The position numbers were made by a program, and so were the translations under genes. This document shows positions 24,950 through 42,559 of a stretch of 64,000 nt of DNA, piece by piece (the stretch's first letter is position 1; each line of letters begins with the position of its first letter). Below the pieces are notes generated by a model, which made no database searches, was not told the origin of the DNA, and worked only from the letters and a program-made list of their open reading frames with translations. The DNA comes from the human T2T-CHM13v2.0 reference genome, Homo sapiens: the NCBI RefSeq assembly GCF_009914755.1, contig NC_060935.1. The stretch is one strand, 5' to 3'.

Positions 24950-25006
24950 TAAAATCGAGTGCCTTTTCCATAGCCTACAAGGCCATATATTTTGTTCTAA
25001 CTCTAA

Positions 25007-27640
<2,634 letters not shown>

Positions 27641-27773
27641 TTTTTGTATTTTTAGTAGAGATGGGGTTTCACCATGTTAGCCAGGCTGGTCTTGAACTCC
27701 TGACCTCAGGTAATCCACCCACCTCAGTCTCCCAAAGTGCCGGGATTACAGGTGTGAGCCACTGTGCCCATCC
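27641..27773 (-). mobile_element. AluS left arm (second half of the split Alu)
   Basis: Resumes at TTTTTGTATTTTTAGTAGAG, exactly where 25255 broke off. Confidence 0.9.
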
Positions 27774-28009
27774 ATGTGATTCTGCCATTTTTTCTGCCTG
27801 AAGTTCTTGACTCTCAGATGGCCTGAATGGCTCAAGTGTCACTTTATAAGATGCCTTCTCTGACCAGTCAGTGGAAAATAGCACCCTCTAAACCACCCAG
27901 GCATACGCCATCCTAAATGAGTACTTACCACTTACCACCGTCTGACATTGTTTTTGTCCATCTCCATGGTACTCTCCTCTCCTACCCCTGCCAAACAAGC
28001 TCCTTGATT

Positions 28010-28349
<340 letters not shown>

Positions 28350-28647
28350 GTTACTTATCATTGAATGTCTACAGATAACCATTGTTAGTATTTTAGTGTA
28401 TTTTCTTCCCTATATATGAAAGAATTTATGAGATTATACTATTTTGTAAATTACATTTTTCTCTAAATATTTGGTAGACATTAAATATCTTTTTACAACA
28501 CGATTTTCAATGACATACTAAAATTTCATTGAATACAACCTAGAAGCAATAAGCACACCTAGTGCCCAGATCTTGGTTTCTCCAAACAAAGGAAAAAATT
28601 GGAGAAATGGCTGATTCTAGAACTGTGGGAAGAAATATACAAGATGA

Positions 28648-28951
28648 GGCTGGGCATGGTGGCTCATGCCTGTAATCCCAGCACTTTGGGAGGCTGTGGT
28701 GGGAGGAAGGTTTGAGGCCAGGAGTTAGAGACCAGCCTGAGCGACCTAATGAAGTCTCATCTTTATAAAAACTTTTTAAAAATTAGCCAGGTGTGGTGGT
28801 GCACACCTGTAGTCCCAGCTACTCAGGAAACAGAGGTGGGAGGATTGCTTCAGCCCAGGAGTTCAAGGTTAACAGTGAGCTATGATCGTGCCACTGCTGC
28901 AATCCAACCTGGACAACAGAGCAAGACCCTGTCTCTAAAAAATGGAAAGAA
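28648..28951 (+). mobile_element. AluJ with 18-bp TSD
   Basis: TSD AAGAAATATACAAGATGA at 28630-28647 and 28952-28969. Confidence 0.93.
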
Positions 28952-29481
28952 AAGAAATATACAAGATGAGCCTGGAGCATCTTGTAGTGCCAGAAAGTAA
29001 GAAAGTGTGAAACACACACAAAACTCACAGTGTGAGAATATGCCAAGGAGTACAGGAGCCAAGTGAAAAAGCTCCCAGTGGCTAAAGATGAAAGAATTTG
29101 AGCAACAAAATAAAGTAGTATTGACTTATAACCCAACATGCAAAATAAGTATTCATGAGTCCATGCTGATATAAATGATTGAATACATAAATAATTGTGG
29201 GAGTAGAGACAAGTCTCTTGTGCAGGAGAATTCACAATAATTCATGTAGTTGTCCTGTCCTTAAGGGGATGAAACATAAACTCCCACTCCTAAAGCGTGG
29301 GCTGTGCATAGTGACTTTCCTCCAAAGAGTACAGCATGAAAAGAGCAAAAAAGAGAGTAAATTTACAGTGGAAACACCTGAAAAACAGTAACTCTGCCAA
29401 GTGATCAAAGTCAACATCAACAGTGATAAGTGGTGTTGATAGTGTGTATCTTTGATATGAGGTGATAAGAATGGCACTTTA

Positions 29482-29842
<361 letters not shown>

Positions 29843-31237
29843 TCAATCACGAGAAAAACATCAGACAAATCCAAGTGGAGAGACATTCTACAAAATACCT
29901 GACTGGTACTTTTCCAAACTCTCAAGATCATTGAAAACAAGGAAAATCTGAGAAATGGTCAAGTCAAGAGGAGTTTAGGGGACAAATAAGACATTTGGTA
30001 AAAAGTAAGAAAATCTGAATAAAGTATGCAGTTTAGTTAATCAAAATTTATCAGTATTGGTTCATTAATTGTGCCAAATATACCATACTAGTGTAAGATG
30101 TGAATAATAGGGGAACTGGGTGTGGGTATACGGAAACTCTCTATGCTGGCTTCACAGTGATTCTGTGAATCTAAAGTGTTCTAAAATAAAAGGTTTATTC
30201 AGAAAATGACATGCAACAGAAGCATCATATTTTATTTAATCTCTTATGATTGAACATTTAAGTGGTTTCTAAATTTTTGCTATTGAATACATTTATGATG
30301 AATGTCCTTACAATCAAATCTTTGCACACATCCCTATTACTTCCTTCAGAATACATTTGTAGAAGGGAAATTGTGGGATAATAGATGTGCGTATTGTAAC
30401 AGTATTAAAGATTTTGATGCAAGATACCTAATGAGGCCCCCTCAGTTAAAGAATAAGTTAACTCTAAATTACAGTCAAGATGAAGGTTTAGAAAAGACTC
30501 TTGGATACTTTTTGCATCCAAGCCAGTCACATCAAATGCCACGAGGAATTATTTTCAACACCCTGAGAAAACCACTTACCGACGGGGAGCCTGTGTTCAG
30601 GGGTATGTCTTGCATTGGGCGTCTACTGCTCTTACAAGAGATAAATCAGAAGACTTCACTTCCTCATGCTGTGACCATCCCAGTATAAGAAAATAAAAAC
30701 AAAAAGGGGAATGCAGATCTCCAAAGACCTAGAAGACGTGCACAGAGCCCTCCTGCATTTTATTAGGCAATCAGACTAAGAATACTATAGATCCGTGGTT
30801 CTTGTAGTGCGGTCCTCAGAACCAGCAGCATCAGTGTCACCTGGAAACTTGTTAGAAACGTGAATTCTTGGGTTCTACCCTAGGTAGACTGAGTCAGAAA
30901 CTCTGGAGTTAAGGCCCAGATATTTGTGGGGTTTTTTTTTTTTGAGAAGTAGATATACTTTTTAATGCATTTTGGCAGGTTTATTGATATGTAATTCACA
31001 TACCATACAATTAACTCATTTAAAGTGTACAGTTTAATGGTTTTTAGTGTATTCACAGATTTATGCAATTATCAACACAATCATTTTAAAACATTTTCAT
31101 TACCTCATAAGGAAACCCTGTACTCTTTAGGTATCCCCTCTGCTCCCATCATGTTCCCTAGCCCTAGCAGTCACGAACGTATGTTCTGTCTCTGTGGATT
31201 TGCCTATTCTGGACATTTTGTATAAATAGAAAAATAC

Positions 31238-32248
31238 CTGCACAGCAAAAGAAACTATCATCAGAGTGAACAGGCAACCTACGGAATGGAAGAAAATTTT
31301 TGCAATCTATCCATCTGACAAAAGTCTAATATCTAGAATCTACAAGGAACTTAAACAAATTTAGACCAAAAAAAAAAAAAAAAAACCAACCCCATCAAAA
31401 AGAGGGTGAAAGATATGAACAGATACTTCTCAAAAGAAGACATTTATGCGGCCAAGAAACATGAAAAAAAGCTCATCATCCTGGTCATTAAAGAAATGTA
31501 AGTCAAAACCACAATGAGATACCATTTCATTCCAATTAGAATGGCGATCACTAAAAAGTTAGGAAACAACAGATACTGGTGAGGCTGTGGAGAAATAGGA
31601 ATGCTTTTACACTGTTGGTGGGAGTGTAAATTAGTTCAACCATTGTGGAAGACAGTGTGGCGATTCCTCAAGGATCTAGAACCAGAAATACCATTTGATC
31701 CAGCAATCCCATTACTGGGTATACACCCAAAGGATTATAAATCATTCTACTATAAAGACACATGCACATATATGTTTATTGCAGCACTGTTTACAATAGC
31801 AAAGACTTGGAACCAACCCAAATGCCCATCAATGATAGACTGGATAAAAAAACTGTGACACATATACACCATGGAATATTATGCAGCCATAAAAAGGTTG
31901 AGTTCATGTCCTTTGCAGTGATATGGATGAAGCTGGAAACCATCATTCTAAGCAAACTAACACAGGAACAGAAAACCAAACACTGCATGTTCTCATTCAT
32001 AAGTGGGAATTGAACAATGAATACATGGACACAGGGAGGGGAACATCATACCTCGGGGCCTGTTGGGAGTTGGGGGGCAAGGAGAGGGATAGCATTAGGA
32101 CAAATAGCTAATGCATATGGGGCTTAAAACCTAGATGAAGGGTTGATAGGTGCAGCAACCCCCCATGGCACATGTATACCTATGTAACAAACCTGCACAT
32201 TGTGCACACGTATCCCAGAACTTAAAGTAAAATAAAATAAATCAATAA
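31238..32248 (+). mobile_element. 5'-truncated L1PA8-like LINE-1
   Basis: ORF2 C-terminal peptide LLHCWWECKLVQPLWKTVWRFL. 3' UTR GGGGCTTAAAACCTAGATG...CAGAACTTAAAGTAAAATAAAA. Confidence 0.93.
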
Positions 32249-32541
32249 GAAAATCTAGAGGAAATTGGTAAATTTCCTTTTCACACAACCTCCCAAGATT
32301 GAACCAGGAAGAAATAGAAAAAAAAAGAAAAGAAAAGAAAACTACAATATAGACCTGTTGTGTCTGGCTTCTTTCACTGAGCATAATGTTTTCAAGGCTC
32401 ATTCATGTTACAGGAGGTATTCGCACTTCATTCCTTTTTATGGCCAAATCATATTCCATAATGTGGATATACCACACTTTGCTTACATATTCATGAGTTG
32501 GTGGACACTTGGGTTTTTTCTACCTTTTGGCTGTTAGGAAT

Positions 32542-32977
32542 TGTCTTAGTCCATTTTCTGTTGCTTTTATCAGAATACCCGAAACTGGGTAATTTATAAA
32601 GAAAAGGAATTTATTTATTTCTTACAGTTATGGAGGCAGAGAAGTCTAAGGTTGGGGTTGGGGGGTGCATCTGGTGAGAGCCTTCTTGTGCTTGGGGATA
32701 CTTTGAAGAGTCCTGAGACAGTGCAGGGTATCACATGGCAAGGGGGCTGAGCATGCTAACTGCTATCTCAGGTCTTCCTTCCTTTGGTAAAGCCACCAGT
32801 GTCCCTTCCTGGATAATCTATTATTTCATCAACCCATTAATCCATGAATGGATTAACACATTCATAAGGGCAGGGCCTTTATGATTCAATCACCGCTCAA
32901 ATGCCCCACTTCTCAATACTCCCACCTTGGGGATTAAGTTTCAACATAAATTTTGGAGGGGCATTCAAACCATAGTA
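32542..32977 (-). mobile_element. MSTC/MSTB-type MaLR solo LTR with 5-bp TSD
   Basis: TGTCTTAGTCCATTTTCTGTTGC...CAAACCATAGTA, flanked by GGAAT at 32537-32541 and 32978-32982. Confidence 0.88.
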
Positions 32978-33244
32978 GGAATATTGCTGCTATGAACATT
33001 TCTGTGCAACATATATTTTCATAATCCTTCAGGAGATTCTAGTGCATGCTACAGTTTAAGAACCATTATTATAGATGGAGTGGTTACAAGAACAAATAGA
33101 AGATAGTTCTTTTTAATAAATAGAGATCATCACCTATCCTTTAGGTCATAAGCCAGCATAGAAAAGGAAAAACCTAGGTAGCGAAATCTGATGGTGTGTG
33201 GTCCAAGGACAGACATCCTTGTCACTGTAGAGATGTAAGGCAAG

Positions 33245-33625
<381 letters not shown>

Positions 33626-33667
33626 CTAGGCTACCCCTATTAATTTACTGGCATGTCATTGCATTCT

Positions 33668-33974
33668 TTTTTTTTTTTTTTAGACAGAGTCTCACTCTGT
33701 CACCAGGCTGAAGTGCAGTGGCGCAATCTCAGCTCACTGCAACCTCGGCTCACTGCAAGCTCCGCCTCCCAGGTTCAAGCGATTCTCCTGCCTCATCCTC
33801 CCGAGTAGCTGGGACTGCAGGTGTGTGCCACCACACCCAGCTAATTTTTGTAGTTTTAGTAGAGACGGGGTTTCACCATGTTGGCCAGGATGGTCTCGAT
33901 CTCTTGACCTCGTGATCCACCCGCCTTGGCCTCCCAAAGTGCTGGGATTACAGGCATGAGCCGCCATGCCCGGC
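33668..33974 (-). mobile_element. AluSc with internal 16-bp tandem duplication
   Basis: GATGGTCTCGATCTCTTGACCTCGTGA, duplicated CTCAGCTCACTGCAAC/CTCGGCTCACTGCAAG, TSD ATGTCATTGCATTCT. Confidence 0.93.
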
Positions 33975-34280
33975 GTATGTCATTGCATTCTAAAGGTACT
34001 GGGGCTGTTAAGTACTGATGCTTCTCTTTAGAGGAAATGACTCACCAACACCTGCTGTTTCTACAGTTCTTGAAACTGTATAAAGCCTTTTCTACCTGCA
34101 CTTTCCTTCTACTGTCACAATATCAATATACTCAGCTACAGCTTAGTCTCCCCATTTAACAGATAAGGCCACTGAGGCTTAGTGAGTTTCAATGACCTGC
34201 CTGAAGTCATGGAGCAGGGTGTGACAAAAGTGGGAAAACTGGAATCAGAATCACTTCACCCACCCCTAACCTCACCAGAA

Positions 34281-34780
34281 CAGTGTTTTCAATTCTAGCT
34301 ACACATTAAAATCACTGGAGAGGTTTTAAAAATACTGAAACCCAGGCTCTGTACACAGTGATTCCATTTAACTGGTCTGAGGTGGGGCCTAGGCACTGGT
34401 ATGTTTTAAAGGTTTTCTTGGTATTTTTTTTTTCCAGTTACTTTCTTTAAAAAAATTTTTTTTAACTTTTCATTTGAAATAATTTCAGACTTCCAAAAAA
34501 AGATGTGAAATAGTACAAAGCAGTCCTGTGTATCCTTCCCCCGGTTTTTCCAAATGTTAACATCTTACATAACCACAGCGCAGCTATCAAAGCCAGGATA
34601 TTAACATTGATACAATACCATTCACTAATCCACAGACCTTATTCAAACGGTATCAATGGAGCTTGGTGGATAGTTCTAAATCATTCTGGAGACCTCATTA
34701 TTTTTAGTTATTCCATCCCTTTAGTGTACTTGAATCTTTCCTAGGTGATCTTAATGTGCAGCCAGGGCTGAGAACTGCTG
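34281..34780 (+). mobile_element. MER5B split by an antisense L1MC fragment (~34450-34650)
   Basis: CAGTGTTTTCAATTCTAGCTACACATTAAAATCAC...GGTGGGGCCTAGGCA resumes as AGGTGATCTTAATGTGCAGCCAGGGCTGAGAACTGCTG. Confidence 0.7.
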
Positions 34781-35959
34781 GGTGTGGACGGTGGAGCCTG
34801 GAGTTAGTATTCTACGAGTAGACTTAATTGGCTTTACGGTGCATTTTTTTCTCCCCGTTCTCTGACATGTAAGAGCTATGTCTGAAAATCTAGTATATTT
34901 CTAAGCTATTGTTATGCTGCTGATGGGATGAATCATTTGAAGATTTCTGACTATTTTTATGAAGTGACAGTTATATCTGCTGGGAGGAGAAATGAGCCCT
35001 AGTTATATTCATAGCAAGGTTACTGCCACCTAGGTGAAAAATGGAAAATGGTGTATTGGGGAGGGAAGAGTTGAAGAGCTTTCAAATATGAACTCACAAG
35101 TCAGTGGGCTAGGTCTTCGCAGAACTCAATGCCATTCTTTGGATGTGAGTCTGGAATACAGTTTAGATTTTAATTAGAGATGTGCTGGACCTTAATGTAA
35201 ATGTATTTAGATAGGGAAGCCAAAGACACTAAACTGAAAACCTTGCATTTCCTACAGATGGTTTATTAAATTGAAATATGTCTCTTAACCTCTGGTCTTG
35301 ACCCTGCTGTTGCAAAGATGAGTCATTGAAACATCAGCCTGTCTGTTATCCTGAATGACTGGCTGGAGTGGCCCGGCTGGAGGCACCACTTGGTAACACA
35401 TGAAACTGGTTAGTTCATGAGGATTTTTACTTTTATTTTCGCCTACAGTCAAACTACCTTTATCCAATTAGAATTTTCACCCTCATCTATTTATTATCTC
35501 CTGCTCTGGGTAAAAACAAACCTGAGTGTCTCTGCCGTGTGCAAATTAGCCTGGCTCTGAGGGCCGCAGGGCTGAATAGAAACTATCCTCGAGTGAATAA
35601 AAATGTTATTAAATTTAAAACCACAGCCCCCATCACCAGCACTGGATTCCTTTATGCCACAGATGTTGACTGTTTGCAAGTGTTTCCTCTGTGAGGCACT
35701 GGCTTGGAAGCATTTGAACCTAATAGCATTATATGTGTGTTTATATCAGAAATCATATGCACAGATACATTGCCAGCCTTCAAATTCATAGAGAAAACAA
35801 TTGGCTCCCGTGGTGTTAGGTAGCAGCCAGGGCTGTGGCCTTGTGGGTCCCAGCACAGGAGACTCTTTCATAACCCCCTGGGCTTTGGAACATGCTGCTG
35901 CCTCTGCCAAGTACACCCTTGTCTCCCACCACCCCTCTTTTCCTGGCTCACTGCTGCCA

Positions 35960-36395
35960 CCTCCTCTTGGAAGCCTTCCTTGATTTCCTCCCCCAACCTG
36001 AGTTAGAAGTCTTTTCCATATATTTGCACAATACTCAGTGCTTCTATGTGCTGCAGTAAAAGTAATTGTTTATTTGTCTGATTTCTTCACATGCTAGCAC
36101 CTAGCCCAGTGCCTGCCACATAGAAAGTGCCTATGATAATGTGTGTGTGTGAATAAATGAATGATAAATGAGAGCTACTGATTCTGCCTAATTACACCAA
36201 GCACTATCTGTGTGAAGCCATTTGCACCCATTATCTCCTTTAATCTAGCTAGAATTTAATCCTTTGATTCTGAAGGGATGGTATTTTACCCAATTCTACA
36301 GGTAAGGAAACAGGCTGAGAGGGAAGTGACTTCCCCATGACACAGAGCCAGGATTTGAACCTGGCCTAAGTCCACAGCTTGACCTCTTCACCACA
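35960..36395. mobile_element. L2 3' end (+, ~35960-36170) followed by MIR (-, ~36175-36395)
   Basis: CTAGCACCTAGCCCAGTGCCTGCCACATAG...GAATAAATGAATG, then TACAGGTAAGGAAACAGGCTGAGAG...AGAGCCAGGATTTGAACC. Confidence 0.65.
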
Positions 36396-38756
36396 GCCTC
36401 TTCCTTGCACAGCCTCAGCTGAAGGTCGCTGTGGTTGGTGGAGCAGCCAATGGCTGACCACAGTGGGGACGGAAGGTCTCTGCACAGGGCATGGAGCTGT
36501 GGGACTCTGAGAGCTACATTTGCAGGCCTTGGTTCACCTTGGGAGGCGTAATGGTGGAAATGCAGAGTTCCCAGCCATGGGGAGAGGGTGTGCTCTCCTT
36601 GATGATGCCATAGACCATGCCCAGCATGTACTGTTTGGTGAAAAAAAAGGATGGCCTGGAAGAGTCCACAAGGACCAGACAGCGATCTGTGCCTTAAACC
36701 TCAGAACTGCCTGCAGCCCAGCGTCACTCCCAGTGTGCTGAGGCATCTAGCAGACAGTCTGGCTCCTCAGGAAGGATTTTGAGCCTCAGTTTCTGATGAT
36801 TTTTTAAGCTTTGGAGCCAGCTCGTTGTCCCAGAGCTCCCATAAGTGCAAGGGCAAATCAGCTCAGTCCCCACCATTCAGAGGGAGCTGTAAGCTGCTTC
36901 TCTGCAAAGAAGGCACCAAAGGGATGAGGATGAGGAGGAGGAGGTTCCCAGTTGCCTCCTCAAGAGTGAGAACTCCATGGGAATGAAAACTGCTGCCTGC
37001 ACAGAAGCCTTGCCACCCAGCTCTTCGGGCGAGTCATGTTCAGTTCTGCCCTCCTCCCAGGCACACACCTCCGGATGTTCTGGAAGACAATGCAGAGACG
37101 GGTGAGAGGAGGGATCCCTTTGTGTCTGGAGATTCCCCGTGGGGAGCCTGTGCTTGCTTCCTGGCTTTTCAGATGAGCAGGCACTTCAGTGTGAGGACAG
37201 TCCAGGCTCTGTTAAGGTTTCTGAGACTCAGGGTGGAATATCTCACTTGGAGAAGGCTCTTGTCTTTTTAATACCCGTCTCCTTCTACCCCTCTTCTTTC
37301 GTGTGCCTCCTACACCTGACAAAGAGAACTCATGTGGGGTGGATCCGGCTTCAGCATGGGCTGTCTGGGTTATTCAAATTTCTCTTCCTCTCCTCCCTGC
37401 TAGAATATTAATTCATAGATGGAGGCCTTTCTGGCACCACAAGTATCTTCTAAGTAAGAAGACCCCTCCCACCTCCCTGCCACATGGAAGGGTTGGCCTA
37501 ATAGGAACCTCTTCTCCCTTATACTTCCTGGCCCCAGCTGACCAGACCACGGTGAGGCCCAGCCTTGAGCCCACAAACTCTGACTTGTTACACAACAGAG
37601 AAAAAAATAAACTGGGTCAGTGAGAGTCTCCTGCTCATTGAAACTCAAGGGAGTTTACATTAGGTACTACAGAGTCGCAGCAGTGGAGCTGGGAGTGGTT
37701 GTCAGAGCCAGAAGTTTGTGGCATTGAAGAGAGACCAGAGTTGCCACAGCAGGCCACATCTAAGCTGGGATTTGAGGAAGCACTAGCACGCACAGGCTAG
37801 AGGTAGACAGAAGCCACAGCTAAGTATTGCATCTCTTCTAAAGCCTCACACTATAAGAATCACATTTTCCCTTTCATTTTTTCCCCTTCTAATCTAAAAA
37901 TATTACAACTGCTGCCCCCAGTGTAACATCTATGTTCTCCAGGGCCCATGACGGTCCATGATGATCGAGTCTTAACTGTGCCCCCAGCTGAATAAAGTAA
38001 ACACCTGTCGACATTATTGAAGCAACTGTGAAGATCGGCTGGAAATGGCTCTCTCACTGCAATGCCTGTCTTTGTGATATACCCGTGGGCACACAGGGCA
38101 GAAGGAGGCCTGGATGCCTTCTATGTACAGGCAAGGAAATGAAGCCAGCCAGGTGAGCATATATACCACGCTGTCGGTGTCCTGTGGCCCTTCCTCTGGC
38201 CACCTCCCAAATAACAGCCATCATAAGATCTTAAGCATGGCTTCTGGGGAGGCTAAGGAACTTGGAGGAAATATTAGGAATCTGTGGGTCCATCATTAAA
38301 AAGAGGACTAGGAAAAGAAAGAGGAGAAGATGTCAAGAATAAACTTAACATTCGAAACCGTGATCTCTGGGCTTCAGAATGCTCGCAGCTTAGATCGTTC
38401 AAAGAAAAAGCAAGTGCAGAAAATCTTCACGAAGGTATCCTGAATGAAGAAACCCACTAGTTTTATGAGGCATTGGTAGAGTTGTTTTGATTCAACTTTT
38501 TGACTTTGGAAAAAAGAAAAGCCAACAAGGGATATTATCAAGGGGCGCCCCTGTGTTTACTTGGACAGACACAATTGCAGCCCTGCCTGATGTGCGGCAA
38601 ATGCATAGGTATGCTATGTGGTTAAGCTGTTGAAGTACCTTAAGACTTTGCTTCCACTCTGCCATTAAATCTTTGCAGAGATCAGAGAGGAGTCCCCTAA
38701 GGAATTTATATTTTGTTTTGATTTATTTTTTTTCTGTGGAGAGAGAGGGTTATTGA

Positions 38757-39148
<392 letters not shown>

Positions 39149-39638
39149 TCAGATCTTTATTCCATATGAGGGACAGTGAGCTGCATTCGTGGAATTGCTG
39201 CCTGGACACCTGGGAGGCAAGAGGCTCAGCGCCTGCCCAAGAAGATGGTATGGTTACAAGTGCAGGGAGGGGCATATGAGGCTTGAGGGACTTCTCGTTT
39301 GTTTGTTTTCTGTTTTCCCAAATACACAGTACATAGTATAGCAGTCTTTAGAAAACCAACCTGCCTTAAATTGGTTTACTGTTTCTCGAGGACAAGCTGG
39401 CAGTTTACATCAAAAGCTGTGAATTATGTGTCTCCATTATATGGCAATTTTACTTTCAGCAATTTATGCTAAGGAAATAATAAAGGATACTGAAGGATCT
39501 ACATTTTAGAGTTGTTTAGAAGAAAACAAACAAACACACTGGAAATGACACACATTTCCAACAGTTGGAGAGTGGATGAGTCAATTATGGCAGACTCAGT
39601 GGAATACTACGCATCCATTAAAAGTTCTGTTGTAAAAA

Positions 39639-40652
<1,014 letters not shown>

Positions 40653-40654
40653 GG

Positions 40655-40805
40655 TATATATATATTTTTTTCTCCATATATTTTATTTTCTCCATATATA
40701 TTTATATTTATATTTTATATAAATATAAAAATATATATTTATATTTTATTTTCTCTATATATGGAGAAAATAAAATATATATATATATGGAGAAAATAAA
40801 ATGAA
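40655..40805. repeat. AT-rich inverted repeat / palindrome
   Basis: 22-bp perfect arms at 40679-40700 and 40756-40777, plus a 38-bp near-perfect palindrome at 40741-40778. Confidence 0.9.
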
Positions 40806-41192
40806 AATAACAAAAAGTAGATTATTTGAAAGACTTATTTCTATTTTTTTTTAGGTTATTGTAAATCAGAAACAAAGCAAATTTACAAATCAAAGGCCAG
40901 GATGAGCATGGGTCTAAGTGAAGGGCAAGACGCCTGGCCTTGGAATGTATTTTAACTCTGGAAAATCCTCTTTGGGACATTCCTTACTTGCCATGACTGC
41001 TATCAGGTTTGTTTTAGTCAAAATATTTGTTCATTGTCTCTACTTATCCCAATCCAATAGGACTTCAAAGATTTGAGGGCATTTTTGGTTTTCAATTTTA
41101 AAAAGTCACATCTAAAAATAAAAAATTTAAAAATTTATAAATGAAAAATTCTGTTGTAAAAAGATATTTCTTGATATGAAAAGATGTTCACT

Positions 41193-41510
<318 letters not shown>

Positions 41511-41829
41511 TTACATTAAGAGAGGTCACAAATATAATAATACAGAATGAGCCATTAAATAATTGCATATTTTCATGAGATTATGCCTCATTTTTCTTGC
41601 CTGTCTGCATTTTATATCTTCCCTCTGGTATCTACACTGTTTTTTTTTTTCTTTTTAAAAAGGGGCGAAAAGAAAACCAAACTGCTTAGTGATAGTTTGT
41701 GAAAAGCAAGAAGTGTTGTGACATTTCTTGGTGCATGCGTGGAAGAACCATGGGATGAATGTGTAGGAAGTGGGGGAGGTGGGGAGTTCCTGGGTTAGAA
41801 GAGTTGGACAGAAGGGAGGTCAGCACACG

Positions 41830-42275
41830 AGTGTGAGCTAAGCTGCTCTTACAAAAAGACCCCAAATACGGTGGGATAAAGAGCAAAGGAGTTTGTCTTG
41901 CATGTCTCAGGTAAGCATTCCTGGACCATGGGCAGTGCTGTCTACTTCCTAGAGGACCAGATTCCTTCCATCTCAAGGCTCTGCCCTTCTCCAGCGCTTT
42001 GCCATTCACTGCCTGGATGGCCAAGGCTGAGTCACAGCCACATGTGGAAAGAGAGTATGGAGGGGGTCAGGTCACACGGTTGGAGCTGCAGGCTGCAAGT
42101 CGTCCTGGTTGCAACACATCCCACTGGTAAGAGCTTCATCCATGGCCTCATCTAACTGTAAGGGAAGCTGAGCTGGCAATGTAGCATGGCTAGACAGCCC
42201 CATGTCTGGCTTTGATTCTACTCCTGTGGAAAAAGGGAAGAGCGGATTTTGGTGGACTACCAGCATCCTCTACTG
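41830..42275 (-). mobile_element. Old MaLR/ERVL LTR (MLT1L/K-like)
   Basis: CACATCCCACTGG...CATGGCCTCATCTAACTGTAAGGGAAGCTG...GGATTTTGGTGGAC. Confidence 0.55.
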
Positions 42276-42559
42276 TTGGTGTTTTAAGAGCCAAGTGGAG
42301 ACACAGCAAGCAGTGGGACGAGGAAGCAGAGCAGAGAGAGGAGGTGAAGAACGGCAGCCACTGTTAGCAGCTTTCAACCAGGGTGACCTGTTTGATGCAT
42401 CAGATGATGGTCCCCAAAGCATGGATGGATGATGTGGTTGTGGGCTGAACACTTCTGTTCATACTGCTGATGTGCGGGCATTGCTGCTGTCTCTCCCACT
42501 CAGGAAAGAGTGTCAGAATTCAAGTTAATATGACATCATTAGGAGGAACCTGGACTTCA

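Larger units (their letters stand above)
30960..33020 (-). mobile_element. L1MB 3' region (pieces 30960-31237, 32346-32541, 32978-33020)
   Basis: TTAAAGTGTACAGTTTAATGGTTTTTAGTGTATTCACAGA...TTTGCCTATTCTGGACATTT continues after each insertion. Confidence 0.8.
30793..33066. mobile_element. MER5A (hAT), split into 30793-30930 and ~33020-33066
   Basis: CAGCAGCATCAGTGTCACCTGGAAACTTGTTAGAAA... resumes as CCTTCAGGAGATTCTAGTGCATGCTACAGTTTAAGAACCA. Confidence 0.7.
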
